DNA from: Flavobacterium sp.
Lineage (GTDB): Bacteria; Bacteroidota; Bacteroidia; Flavobacteriales; Flavobacteriaceae
Assembly (NCBI RefSeq): GCF_039595935.1
Contig: NZ_JBCNKR010000006.1
Coordinates: forward strand, 1,693,284 to 1,757,283
DNA length: 64,000 nt
Direction: 5' to 3'
Shown: positions 21,462 through 30,885 of the stretch, piece by piece
Layout of the letters: each line of letters opens with the position of its first letter
Position numbering within the stretch: the stretch's first letter is position 1
Position numbers and translations under genes: made by a program
Notes under the pieces: generated by a model
What the model was told of the DNA's origin: nothing
Database searches by the model: none
The model's input: only the letters and a program-made list of their open reading frames with translations

Positions 21462-23054
21462 TTAATCAAATTCAGAAGTAAAATATAACTTCACAGTTGG
21501 ATACTTGCTTTGCGTCATTTGAATTGTAAAATCAGAATCGGCTAAAAATACCAACTGGCCGTATTTATCATGAGCCAGAAATTTTTGTTTAATTCTTTTG
21601 AATTCTTTAAACTCTTCATTTTTAGCATCATCAGGTTTTACCCAACACGCTTTATGTACAGGGAAGTTTTCATAAGTACATTTTGCTCCATATTCATGCT
21701 CTAAACGATATTGAATAACTTCATACTGAAGCGCACCAACAGTTCCGATTACTTTACGATTATTCATTTCTAAAGTAAATAACTGTGCTACACCTTCATC
21801 CATTAACTGATCTACACCTTTATCAAGCTGTTTTGCTTTCAGTGGGTCAGCATTATTGATATATCTAAAGTGTTCAGGAGAGAAACTAGGGATTCCTTTG
21901 AAACTCATAATTTCACCTTCTGTTAAAGTATCACCAATTTTAAAGTTTCCTGTATCGTGCAAGCCAACAATGTCACCAGGATAAGAAACATCAACAATCT
22001 CTTTTTTCTCAGCAAAAAAGGCATTTGGACTAGAGAATTTTAAATTTTTCTTTTGTCTAACGTGATAATACGGTTTATTTCGTTCGAAAGTTCCGGAAAC
22101 AATTTTGATGAACGCTAAACGATCTCGGTGTTTAGGGTCCATATTGGCGTGAATTTTAAATACAAAACCACTCATTTTTTCCTCTGTTGGATCCACCAAA
22201 CGAGTTTCAGAATCTTTTGCTCTAGGAGAAGGAGCGATTGTGATGAAACAATCTAATAACTCACGTACTCCAAAGTTATTTAAAGCTGAACCAAAAAATA
22301 CCGGCTGAATTTTTCCGTCTAAATAATCCTGACGTTCAAATTTTGGATAAACTTCATCAATTAATTCTAATTCTTCGCGAAGTTTTGTTGCCGCTTTTTC
22401 GCCAACAATTTTATCTAGTTCAGGATTGTTTTGAACATCAGAAAAAGCAATGGTTTCTTCTATGTTTTTACGGCTGTCTCCGCTGAAAAGATTAATATTC
22501 TCTTCCCATAAGTTGTAAATTCCCTGGAAATCATAACCCATTCCGATTGGGAAACTTAGCGGTGTAACTTTTAAACCTAATTTTTGTTCTACTTCATCCA
22601 TCAAATCAAAAGCATCTTTACCTTCACGATCTAATTTGTTGATGAAAACAATCATCGGAATGTTACGCATTCTACAAACCGCAACTAATTTTTCTGTTTG
22701 TTCCTCAACCCCTTTTGCAACGTCAATTACAACAATAACGCTGTCAACAGCAGTTAAGGTTCTAAAAGTGTCTTCGGCAAAATCCTTGTGTCCGGGAGTA
22801 TCAAGGATGTTGATTTTTTTTTCTTTATAATTAAAAGCAAGAACAGAGGTAGAAACCGAAATACCTCTTTGGCGTTCAATCTCCATAAAGTCACTCGTTG
22901 CTCCTTTTTTAATCTTATTACTTTTTACCGCACCAGCTTCTTGAATTGCACCTCCAAATAATAATAATTTCTCAGTTAATGTTGTTTTACCGGCATCGGG
23001 ATGCGATATAATTCCAAATGTTCTTCTGCGTTGTATTTCTTTTAAAAAGCTCAT
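21462..23054 (-). CDS. prfC: peptide chain release factor 3
   Basis: 530 aa; RRTFGIISHPDAGKTTLTEKLL, DTPGH, NKLD GTPase motifs and RF3-length body. Confidence 0.93.
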   Translation of the reverse strand: MSFLKEIQRRRTFGIISHPDAGKTTLTEKLLLFGGAIQEAGAVKSNKIKKGATSDFMEIERQRGISVSTSVLAFNYKEKKINILDTPGHKDFAEDTFRTLTAVDSVIVVIDVAKGVEEQTEKLVAVCRMRNIPMIVFINKLDREGKDAFDLMDEVEQKLGLKVTPLSFPIGMGYDFQGIYNLWEENINLFSGDSRKNIEETIAFSDVQNNPELDKIVGEKAATKLREELELIDEVYPKFERQDYLDGKIQPVFFGSALNNFGVRELLDCFITIAPSPRAKDSETRLVDPTEEKMSGFVFKIHANMDPKHRDRLAFIKIVSGTFERNKPYYHVRQKKNLKFSSPNAFFAEKKEIVDVSYPGDIVGLHDTGNFKIGDTLTEGEIMSFKGIPSFSPEHFRYINNADPLKAKQLDKGVDQLMDEGVAQLFTLEMNNRKVIGTVGALQYEVIQYRLEHEYGAKCTYENFPVHKACWVKPDDAKNEEFKEFKRIKQKFLAHDKYGQLVFLADSDFTIQMTQSKYPTVKLYFTSEFD

Positions 23055-23156
23055 ATTTTGTATAAATAGGTTGCAAAAGTACTATTAATTACCGCTTAAT
23101 AAAAATATTCACTTCTTAAAATTAGACAGAGTAAGTTTTTAGAATAGAATTTTCTA

Positions 23157-23189
23157 TAAAAAATATGGCTGTCTTTTTGAGACAGCCAT
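23157..23189 (-). terminator. intrinsic terminator after the amylase gene
   Basis: ATGGCTGTCT/AGACAGCCAT stem followed on the minus strand by ATTTTTT. Confidence 0.7.
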
Positions 23190-23210
23190 AAATTAAAATA
23201 TGAAAAATAA

Positions 23211-24653
23211 TTATTGATTAATAGACCAAACAGAATATCCTTTTGGCGGACATTGAATTTTTACCCATTTATCAGCTTGAGTTGTTGGATACCAAGTTGA
23301 ATTTCCTGTGAAATCTTTAATTTGAGTATTTGCCCAGTTTGTCTGAATCCATCTTTCCTGCCAAACATCAGAATTGTTGATGTAAACAATTAATCCCGGA
23401 TTTCCGTTATAACCGTTTCTTCTTGCCAAATATTCATCATTATCAGAATATAAAATAGAAGTTGTTCCGGTAGCTTTATTATTGTGAATCCAGATAAGAT
23501 TGTTTAATTTATTTTTATCCAGCCATTCTTCATAATCTCTGTAGAAAATTGTTGGGTATCCTTCGTGAGTTAAGATGTAAGCATAAGCCAGCATTTTGCT
23601 CCAAATTTCATCAGTATCATGATTTGTAACGAAAGTAACCGCTTTGTATGGGTTGCGTTTCCACATCATGTCATCGTTTAATAATGCAAGATTGTTTCCG
23701 TCAAATGCATCATTCATTTTATAATAACAAGCAAAATCAAATACAGAACTATTGGCATTATTTGCCCACCATTCGAGAGTGTTTACGTTAGAATCCCAGT
23801 ATTCTCCAACAGAAAATCCGCCAACATTTGCATTCCATGAATTTACTACCCATGGACCAAAACCTTTAACATAATCAAATCTCCATCCATCAAATTTCAT
23901 GGTATTTTTATAATATTTACCAACTCCGTCTGTTCTCAGCCAAAGCCAGTTTTGAACATTTGGTGCAGCGTGACATAAATCAGGAAATCCTCCAAAAGAG
24001 CCTTCATCATTATTTCCGTAGCTGTTTTTGTAAAAATCATTATAATTACGAGGAAATTTACCCGAAGCAACTCCTGTAAAATTAGTCCAGGTGTTAGTAC
24101 CTGTAAAAGGATTGGCTTCAGATTGCCCGCCGCTGTTATGGTTAATTACTATATCAGCATATACTTTAATATTTTGCGCATGAGCATTGGTAATCAAACT
24201 AACCAATTCAGTTTTAGAACCAAAGCGGGTTTCAGTACTTCCGTTTTGATTGTAATCTCCAAAATCAAAATAATCAGTTGGATCATATCCCATAGAATAA
24301 GCTCCATTTTGCGCTTTTGAAGCAGGAGGAAGCCAAATAGATCCAATTCCGGCATTTCCCCAAGCCGTTACTTTACTGCTAACAGTGTTCCACCAGGTTC
24401 CGCCCGCAGGTACATCCCAATAGAATGCCTGCATCATAACACCTCCGCCCGGATTATCAACATATTTTCCAGTTAAAGAAGATGATTTTTCGCCGGTACT
24501 AAAAGGCTTTCCGTCATGATTGGTGACATTAATGATTTTAAATTGCTGACTTTCTGCTTTTGAGTCAGCATCATTCATTTCATTTTGCGAACATGAATAC
24601 AAAAATGCAGTAATTGCAGTAATGCAGCATAATCTTGCAATAGGTTTTTTCAT
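23211..24653 (-). CDS. GH13 alpha-amylase, lipoprotein
   Basis: 480 aa; lipobox LYSC; DIVINH, GWRFDYVKG, EYWD, FVTNHD conserved GH13 regions. Confidence 0.9.
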   Translation of the reverse strand: MKKPIARLCCITAITAFLYSCSQNEMNDADSKAESQQFKIINVTNHDGKPFSTGEKSSSLTGKYVDNPGGGVMMQAFYWDVPAGGTWWNTVSSKVTAWGNAGIGSIWLPPASKAQNGAYSMGYDPTDYFDFGDYNQNGSTETRFGSKTELVSLITNAHAQNIKVYADIVINHNSGGQSEANPFTGTNTWTNFTGVASGKFPRNYNDFYKNSYGNNDEGSFGGFPDLCHAAPNVQNWLWLRTDGVGKYYKNTMKFDGWRFDYVKGFGPWVVNSWNANVGGFSVGEYWDSNVNTLEWWANNANSSVFDFACYYKMNDAFDGNNLALLNDDMMWKRNPYKAVTFVTNHDTDEIWSKMLAYAYILTHEGYPTIFYRDYEEWLDKNKLNNLIWIHNNKATGTTSILYSDNDEYLARRNGYNGNPGLIVYINNSDVWQERWIQTNWANTQIKDFTGNSTWYPTTQADKWVKIQCPPKGYSVWSINQ

Positions 24654-24810
24654 AATAGATGTGGTTAAGGTTAAATTAATAAAGCTTGTAATTATTTAAT
24701 TTTAGAAGCTTAAAAACGAGATATTCTTATTTTTTAGCCGCATAAATTATTAATTACGCATCTAAAGTAGGAGTTTTTTGATTCGATTTGTTTTTGTAAG
24801 AAAATAGTTT

Positions 24811-24828
24811 TACAACGAAAACGTTGTA
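24811..24828. promoter_or_regulatory. 18-bp palindrome upstream of the amylase gene (candidate operator)
   Basis: TACAACG-AAAA-CGTTGTA, about 160 bp upstream of the amylase ATG in a 480-bp divergent intergenic region. Confidence 0.3.
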
Positions 24829-25133
24829 GTGTTTAAAACTTTTTTTTAGTTACTTGAAAATCAACGATTGTGTTTTTTAATACTGTAAATTGAATATTGT
24901 ATTTACCGAAGAAAAAGTTTTAGTAATGAAATTTTGAACACAGAAATTAATTACCATCCACATAATTTTTTGTTAATACTATGGCTGATAGTTGTATTAT
25001 GTAATTGAATTGTTATTTTTGTTCGTTTTATATAAGGAAAATAGAAGTTTATTATTTAACCTTTTGAAACAGAAAATTAAAGGATAACACTTTTCAAATT
25101 CAGAACTTTAACATCCAAATTAAATTTAAAATA

Positions 25134-26561
25134 ATGTTATTAAAAAAATTACAGCTAAAAACAATTGATTATAAGTTAGTCTTAACAATGTGTTTTTTAT
25201 TTTTTTTCAACTCAATACTTTCAGCTCAGGAAGTTATTAAGGATGTAGTAGCTGAAAAACCGGCAGAGGCTCCGCACGGAAAACAAAAAATTGACGGTAT
25301 TATTGCTACAGTTGGAGATTATATTGTTTTAGATTCAGATATTGATAAAGGATATTTAGAGATTGCCAGCCAGGGAGGTAATATTAAAGATATTACAAGA
25401 TGCCAGATGCTTGGTAAACTTTTAGAAGATAAATTATATGCACACCAGGCCATTCAGGATAGTATTATTGTGAGTGATGCCGAAGTAAGAAGCATGATGG
25501 AAGAGCGTTTGAATTACATGATTCAACAAGTTGGAGACATCAATAAAGTAGTGGCTTACTATAAAAAAAGCTCAGTAGAGGAGTTTAAAACTTATTTTGC
25601 CGACATCTTAAAAGAACAAAAATTAGCCTCAGAAATGAGAGATAAAATTGTAAAAGATGTTGAGATAACGCCTGAAGAAGTTCGTAATTTCTTCAAAAAA
25701 ATCCCTAAAGACGAATTACCAACTTTTGGTGCCGAAATGGAAGTAGCACAGATTGTGGCTGAACCAAAAGTTTCTAAAGAAGATAAGCAAAAAGTAATCG
25801 ACAGATTAAATGCTATTAGACAAGATGTTTTAGATGGTTCAAGTTTTGCTACAAAAGCCGTTTTATATTCGCAGGATCCAGGGTCTGCTCCTAACGGAGG
25901 TTATTACAAAATGACCCGTAAAACGCCTTTCGTAAAAGAGTTTAAAGATGTTGCTTTCAGTTTACAGGAAGGTGAAATTTCAAAACCTTTCGAAACAACT
26001 TTTGGTTTCCATATTATTATGATTGATAAAATAAAAGGACAAGAAGTTGAACTACGTCATATTTTGATTGCACCTGTAGTTTCTGAAAGTGCTTTGAAAG
26101 AAGCCAAAGAAAGACTGGCTAATGTAAGAGCTAAAATCGTAAATAAAGAAATCACTTTTGCTGAGGCTGCAAGAACAGAATCTGATGAAAAAGAAACCAG
26201 AGCAAACGGTGGAACTTTAATCAATCCTAACACTCAGGATACTCGTTTTGAATTAACTAAAATGGATCCAAGTTTATATGGACAAGTTTCAAATTTAAAA
26301 GATGATGAAGTTTCTCAACCGCTTTTAAATACAGATGAAAAAGGAAAGAAAACGTATAAATTGATTACGGTTACAAACAGAATCAATGATCACGTTGCTG
26401 ATTATGCTCAGGATTATACTAAAATTAAAGAATTAGCATTAAAAGAAAAACAAATCAACGCTATTGCAAAATGGTTTGATGCTAAAATTAAAGATACTTA
26501 TATCAAAATTATTGGAGAGTACAGAGACTGCACGTTTGCTAATAACTGGCTGAAAAAATAA
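25134..26561 (+). CDS. SurA-like peptidyl-prolyl isomerase (parvulin domains)
   Basis: 475 aa, signal peptide, two PpiC/parvulin-like segments (FGFHIIMI; GGTLINP). Confidence 0.8.
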   Translation: MLLKKLQLKTIDYKLVLTMCFLFFFNSILSAQEVIKDVVAEKPAEAPHGKQKIDGIIATVGDYIVLDSDIDKGYLEIASQGGNIKDITRCQMLGKLLEDKLYAHQAIQDSIIVSDAEVRSMMEERLNYMIQQVGDINKVVAYYKKSSVEEFKTYFADILKEQKLASEMRDKIVKDVEITPEEVRNFFKKIPKDELPTFGAEMEVAQIVAEPKVSKEDKQKVIDRLNAIRQDVLDGSSFATKAVLYSQDPGSAPNGGYYKMTRKTPFVKEFKDVAFSLQEGEISKPFETTFGFHIIMIDKIKGQEVELRHILIAPVVSESALKEAKERLANVRAKIVNKEITFAEAARTESDEKETRANGGTLINPNTQDTRFELTKMDPSLYGQVSNLKDDEVSQPLLNTDEKGKKTYKLITVTNRINDHVADYAQDYTKIKELALKEKQINAIAKWFDAKIKDTYIKIIGEYRDCTFANNWLKK

Positions 26562-26581
26562 TTTTTATTAAATAAAGAAAA

Positions 26582-26619
26582 AGAGTTAGTTTTATGAATT
26601 CATTAAACTAACTCTTTTT
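26582..26619 (+). terminator. intrinsic terminator
   Basis: AGAGTTAGTTT/AAACTAACTCT stem followed by TTTT. Confidence 0.65.
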
Positions 26620-26639
26620 AATTTAAAATACATTCATAA

Positions 26640-27593
26640 ATGTCTGACGTAACAGCAATTCATAATTTAGTTCAGAAACGTACTGAGTTAAAAAACGAAA
26701 TAGCAAAAATCATTGTAGGGCAGGATGCCGTAATTGATCAAATTTTACTTTGTATATTTTCTGGAGGTCACGCACTTTTAATTGGTGTTCCCGGTTTAGC
26801 CAAAACCTTAATGATAAATACATTGTCTCAGGCTTTAGGGTTAGATTTTAAAAGAATTCAGTTTACGCCGGATTTAATGCCTTCGGATATTTTAGGAAGT
26901 GAAATTCTGGATGAAAACAGACACTTTAAATTTATAAAAGGGCCAATTTTCTCCAATATTATCTTGGCTGACGAGATTAACAGAACACCGCCAAAAACGC
27001 AGGCAGCTTTACTTGAAGCCATGCAGGAACGTTCTGTAACAATTGCAGGACAGAACTATAAACTAGATTTACCTTATTTTGTGCTGGCTACGCAAAACCC
27101 AATTGAGCAGGAAGGAACCTATCCTTTGCCGGAAGCGCAGTTAGACCGTTTTATGTTTGCCATTAAATTAGAATATCCAACATTTGAAGAAGAAGTAAAA
27201 GTTGTAAAACAAACCACATCTGATAATAAGGTAGAAATTAAACCTTTATTTACAGCTCAGGAAATTATAGATTTTCAGCATTTAATTAGAAGAATTCCTG
27301 TGGCAGATAATGTTATAGAATACGCAGTAACTTTGGTAAGTAAAACACGTCCGGATAATGCTTTGACAAATGATTTTGTAAAAAACTATCTGGATTGGGG
27401 AGCAGGGCCAAGAGCTTCGCAAAACCTGATTTTGGCAGCTAAAGCTCACGCGGCTTTCAACGGAAAATTTTCTCCGGATATTGAAGATGTACAGGCGGTA
27501 GCAACCGGAATTCTGCGTCACAGAATTATTAAAAACTATAAAGCAGATGCAGAAGGAATAACTGAAGAAACAATCATTAAAAAATTGATGTAA
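26640..27593 (+). CDS. MoxR-family AAA+ ATPase
   Basis: 317 aa; Walker A GVPGLAKT, Walker B LADEINR, TQNPIEQEGTYPLPEAQLDRF. Confidence 0.9.
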   Translation: MSDVTAIHNLVQKRTELKNEIAKIIVGQDAVIDQILLCIFSGGHALLIGVPGLAKTLMINTLSQALGLDFKRIQFTPDLMPSDILGSEILDENRHFKFIKGPIFSNIILADEINRTPPKTQAALLEAMQERSVTIAGQNYKLDLPYFVLATQNPIEQEGTYPLPEAQLDRFMFAIKLEYPTFEEEVKVVKQTTSDNKVEIKPLFTAQEIIDFQHLIRRIPVADNVIEYAVTLVSKTRPDNALTNDFVKNYLDWGAGPRASQNLILAAKAHAAFNGKFSPDIEDVQAVATGILRHRIIKNYKADAEGITEETIIKKLM

Positions 27594-27614
27594 TTTTTAC
27601 AAAATAGATATACT

Positions 27615-27645
27615 AAATCCCGATAAGTTATTGTCGGGATTTTTT
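27615..27645 (+). terminator. intrinsic terminator after moxR
   Basis: AAATCCCGA/TCGGGATTT stem followed by a T-run. Confidence 0.7.
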
Positions 27646-27948
27646 GTTTTTGTCTGGAATTTAAAAATTGATCGATGATGTTCAAACGACGTCAAAAAAT
27701 CGTAACTATAACGTTATAATTTCTTATTTAGAACTATTCTTTGCGAAAATAGAGGTAAAATCTCACTTACTTTATAACATCAAATTTCGACTTTGTTAAA
27801 GAAAAGATTTTAAAATATCAAAAACTCATTTTTTTAATTCAAAATTGAGTTTTTGTCAAAAACAAGCATCGAAAATCGTTTTTTAACAATAATAATTTTT
27901 GAAAAGGCGACTTCTATTATATTCTTTTTAATTCTCAGCTTTAATCTT

Positions 27949-27956
27949 TAAATTTG
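27949..27956 (+). promoter_or_regulatory. -7 box TAAATTTG
   Basis: Exact TAnnTTTG match 30 nt upstream of the acnB ATG. Confidence 0.55.
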
Positions 27957-27985
27957 CGTACAAAAAAAAATACTTCTACATTATT

Positions 27986-30757
27986 ATGAATACTTATAAA
28001 GATTACATTCAAGAAATTGAAGAAAGAAAAGGTCAGGGACTTCATCCAAAACCAATTGATGGAGCTGAATTATTAAGCGAAATCATTGCACAAATTAAAG
28101 ATTTAAGCAATCCATACAGAGAGGATTCTCTTAAGTTTTTTATTTACAATACATTACCAGGAACAACAAGTGCAGCTGGTGAAAAAGCTAACTTTTTAAA
28201 AGAGATTATTTTAGGTGAAGCTGTAGTAAGCGAAATCACTCCGGCTTTTGCTTTTGAGTTATTATCGCACATGAAAGGCGGGCCGTCTATTAAAGTACTT
28301 TTAGATTTAGCTCTTGGAAATGACACCGCTATTGCAAAAGAAGCGGCAAAAGTTTTAAAAACACAAGTTTTCCTTTACGAAGCAGATACAGATCGTTTAG
28401 TAGAGGCATTCAAAAATAATAACGAAGTTGCTAAAGATATCCTTGAAAGTTATGCAAAAGCAGAGTTTTTTACAAAACTTCCAGAAGTTGCTGACGAAAT
28501 TAAGGTTGTTACTTTTATTGCTGGTGAAGGAGATATCTCAACAGATTTACTTTCTCCGGGTAATCAGGCGCACTCGCGTTCAGATCGTGAACTTCACGGG
28601 CAGTGTATGATTACACCTCAGGCACAACAAGAAATTAGAGAATTACAAGCACAGCATCCAGATAAAAGTGTAATGTTAATTGCTGAAAAAGGAACAATGG
28701 GAGTTGGTTCTTCTAGAATGTCAGGTGTAAACAACGTGGCACTTTGGACAGGAAAACAAGCAAGTCCATATATTCCATTTGTTAACATTGCTCCAATCGT
28801 AGGAGGAACAAACGGAATCTCTCCAATTTTCCTAACAACAGTTGACGTTACTGGTGGTATTGGTTTAGACCTTAAAAACTGGGTTAAAAAACAAGACGCT
28901 AACGGAAATGTTATTCGTAACGAAAATGATGAGCCAGTTTTAGAGCAAGCTTATTCTGTTGCTACAGGAACTGTACTTACAATCAATATTAAAGAGAAAA
29001 AATTATACAATGGCGATAAAGAATTAATCGACATTTCTAAAGCTTTTACTCCTCAAAAAATGGAATTTATCAAAGCGGGTGGTTCATACGCTATCGTTTT
29101 TGGTAAAAAATTACAAACATTTGCGGCTAAAACTTTAGGTATTACTGCTCCGGTTGTATTTGCTCCATCAAAAGAAATTTCTAATGAAGGACAAGGACTT
29201 ACTGCTGTTGAAAAAATCTTCAACAGAAATGCTGTAGGAACTACTCCAGGAAAAGTGTTACACGCAGGATCTGATGTTCGTGTTGAAGTTAACATCGTAG
29301 GTTCTCAGGATACTACTGGTCTTATGACTGCTCAGGAATTAGAGTCTATGGCGGCTACAGTAATTTCTCCAATCGTTGACGGTGCTTACCAATCAGGTTG
29401 CCACACTGCTTCGGTTTGGGATAAAAAAGCACAGGCAAACATTCCAAAATTGATGAAATTCATGAACGATTTTGGTTTAATTACAGCACGTGACCCAAAA
29501 GGTGTTTATCACTCAATGACAGACGTAATCCACAAAGTACTTAATGATATTACTATTGATGAGTGGGCTATCATTATTGGTGGTGACTCTCATACAAGAA
29601 TGTCAAAAGGGGTAGCTTTTGGTGCTGACTCAGGAACTGTTGCTCTTGCATTGGCGACTGGAGAGGCTTCTATGCCAATTCCAGAATCTGTAAAAGTTAC
29701 TTTCAAAGGAGATATGAAAGGGTATATGGACTTCCGTGATGTAGTTCATGCTACTCAGGCTCAAATGCTTCATCAATTTGGAGGAGAAAATGTTTTCCAG
29801 GGAAGAATTATCGAGGTTCACATCGGAACATTGACTGCAGACCAGGCCTTTACATTTACTGACTGGACTGCAGAGATGAAAGCTAAAGCTTCTATCTGTA
29901 TTTCTGAAGATGATACTTTAATCGAATCATTGGAAATTGCAAAAGGCAGAATCCAGATCATGATCGATAAAGGTATGGATAACGATAAACACGTTCTTCA
30001 AGGATTAATCAATAAAGCTGATAAGAGAATTGCTGAAATTAAATCGGCAGAGAAACCAGCTTTAACTCCAGATGCAAATGCTAAATATTATGCAGAAGTT
30101 GTAGTTGATTTGGATCAAATTGCTGAACCAATGATTGCCGATCCAGACGTAAACAATAAAGACGTTTCTAAACGTTATACTCACGATACAATCAGACCTT
30201 TATCTTTCTACGGTGGAGATAAAAAAGTAGATCTTGGATTTATTGGTTCTTGTATGGTTCACAAAGGAGACATGAAAATCCTTGCTCAAATGTTGAAAAA
30301 CGTTGAAGCGCAAAAAGGTAAAGTTGAATTTAAAGCACCTCTTGTAGTAGCGCCGCCAACATATAACATTGTAGATGAGCTAAAAGCAGAAGGTGACTGG
30401 GAAGTTTTACAAAGATATTCTGGTTTCGAATTCGACGATAACGCTCCAAAAGGTGCTGCACGTACAGAATACGAAAACATGTTGTACTTAGAGCGTCCGG
30501 GATGTAACCTTTGTATGGGTAACCAGGAAAAAGCAGCAAAAGGAGATACAGTAATGGCAACTTCAACACGTCTTTTCCAGGGAAGAGTTGTAGAAGACAA
30601 AGAAGGTAAAAAAGGAGAATCATTACTTTCATCTACACCGGTTGTAGTTTTGTCTACAATTTTAGGCAGAACTCCTACTATCGAAGAATATACAACTGCA
30701 GTTGAAGGTATTAACTTAACTAAGTTTGCTCCTTCAAACAAGCAATTAGTTATGTAA
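27986..30757 (+). CDS. acnB: aconitate hydratase B (bifunctional aconitase 2 / 2-methylisocitrate dehydratase type)
   Basis: 923 aa; AcnB-specific N-terminal HEAT-like and swivel domains, then the Fe-S cluster cysteine regions (GSCMVH, GCNLCMGNQ). Confidence 0.9.
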   Translation: MNTYKDYIQEIEERKGQGLHPKPIDGAELLSEIIAQIKDLSNPYREDSLKFFIYNTLPGTTSAAGEKANFLKEIILGEAVVSEITPAFAFELLSHMKGGPSIKVLLDLALGNDTAIAKEAAKVLKTQVFLYEADTDRLVEAFKNNNEVAKDILESYAKAEFFTKLPEVADEIKVVTFIAGEGDISTDLLSPGNQAHSRSDRELHGQCMITPQAQQEIRELQAQHPDKSVMLIAEKGTMGVGSSRMSGVNNVALWTGKQASPYIPFVNIAPIVGGTNGISPIFLTTVDVTGGIGLDLKNWVKKQDANGNVIRNENDEPVLEQAYSVATGTVLTINIKEKKLYNGDKELIDISKAFTPQKMEFIKAGGSYAIVFGKKLQTFAAKTLGITAPVVFAPSKEISNEGQGLTAVEKIFNRNAVGTTPGKVLHAGSDVRVEVNIVGSQDTTGLMTAQELESMAATVISPIVDGAYQSGCHTASVWDKKAQANIPKLMKFMNDFGLITARDPKGVYHSMTDVIHKVLNDITIDEWAIIIGGDSHTRMSKGVAFGADSGTVALALATGEASMPIPESVKVTFKGDMKGYMDFRDVVHATQAQMLHQFGGENVFQGRIIEVHIGTLTADQAFTFTDWTAEMKAKASICISEDDTLIESLEIAKGRIQIMIDKGMDNDKHVLQGLINKADKRIAEIKSAEKPALTPDANAKYYAEVVVDLDQIAEPMIADPDVNNKDVSKRYTHDTIRPLSFYGGDKKVDLGFIGSCMVHKGDMKILAQMLKNVEAQKGKVEFKAPLVVAPPTYNIVDELKAEGDWEVLQRYSGFEFDDNAPKGAARTEYENMLYLERPGCNLCMGNQEKAAKGDTVMATSTRLFQGRVVEDKEGKKGESLLSSTPVVVLSTILGRTPTIEEYTTAVEGINLTKFAPSNKQLVM

Positions 30758-30781
30758 TCTAACGATTATTAATATTTTAAA

Positions 30782-30808
30782 AGCCCGGGTGATAAACTCG
30801 GGCTTTTT
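30782..30808 (+). terminator. intrinsic terminator after acnB
   Basis: GCCCG/CGGGC-centred stem followed by TTTTT. Confidence 0.65.
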
Positions 30809-30885
30809 CTTTTATAGCTACTCTATTTTTTGTAACTTGTCATGTTGAAAATAAAATAAAAAACAAAAAAATAATAATAAAACTT

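Noticed and set aside
27821-27853. Second orphan terminator-like hairpin upstream of acnB (AAAACTCATTTTT/AAAATTGAGTTTT), suggesting another sRNA.
   Set aside because: The stem is almost entirely A-U with a mismatch, and the T-run is part of the stem. It is too weak to call without transcript data.
30286-30741. 151-aa and 100-aa ORFs antisense to the 3' end of acnB.
   Set aside because: Both overlap the conserved Fe-S cluster region of AcnB, and neither has recognisable motifs or expression signals.
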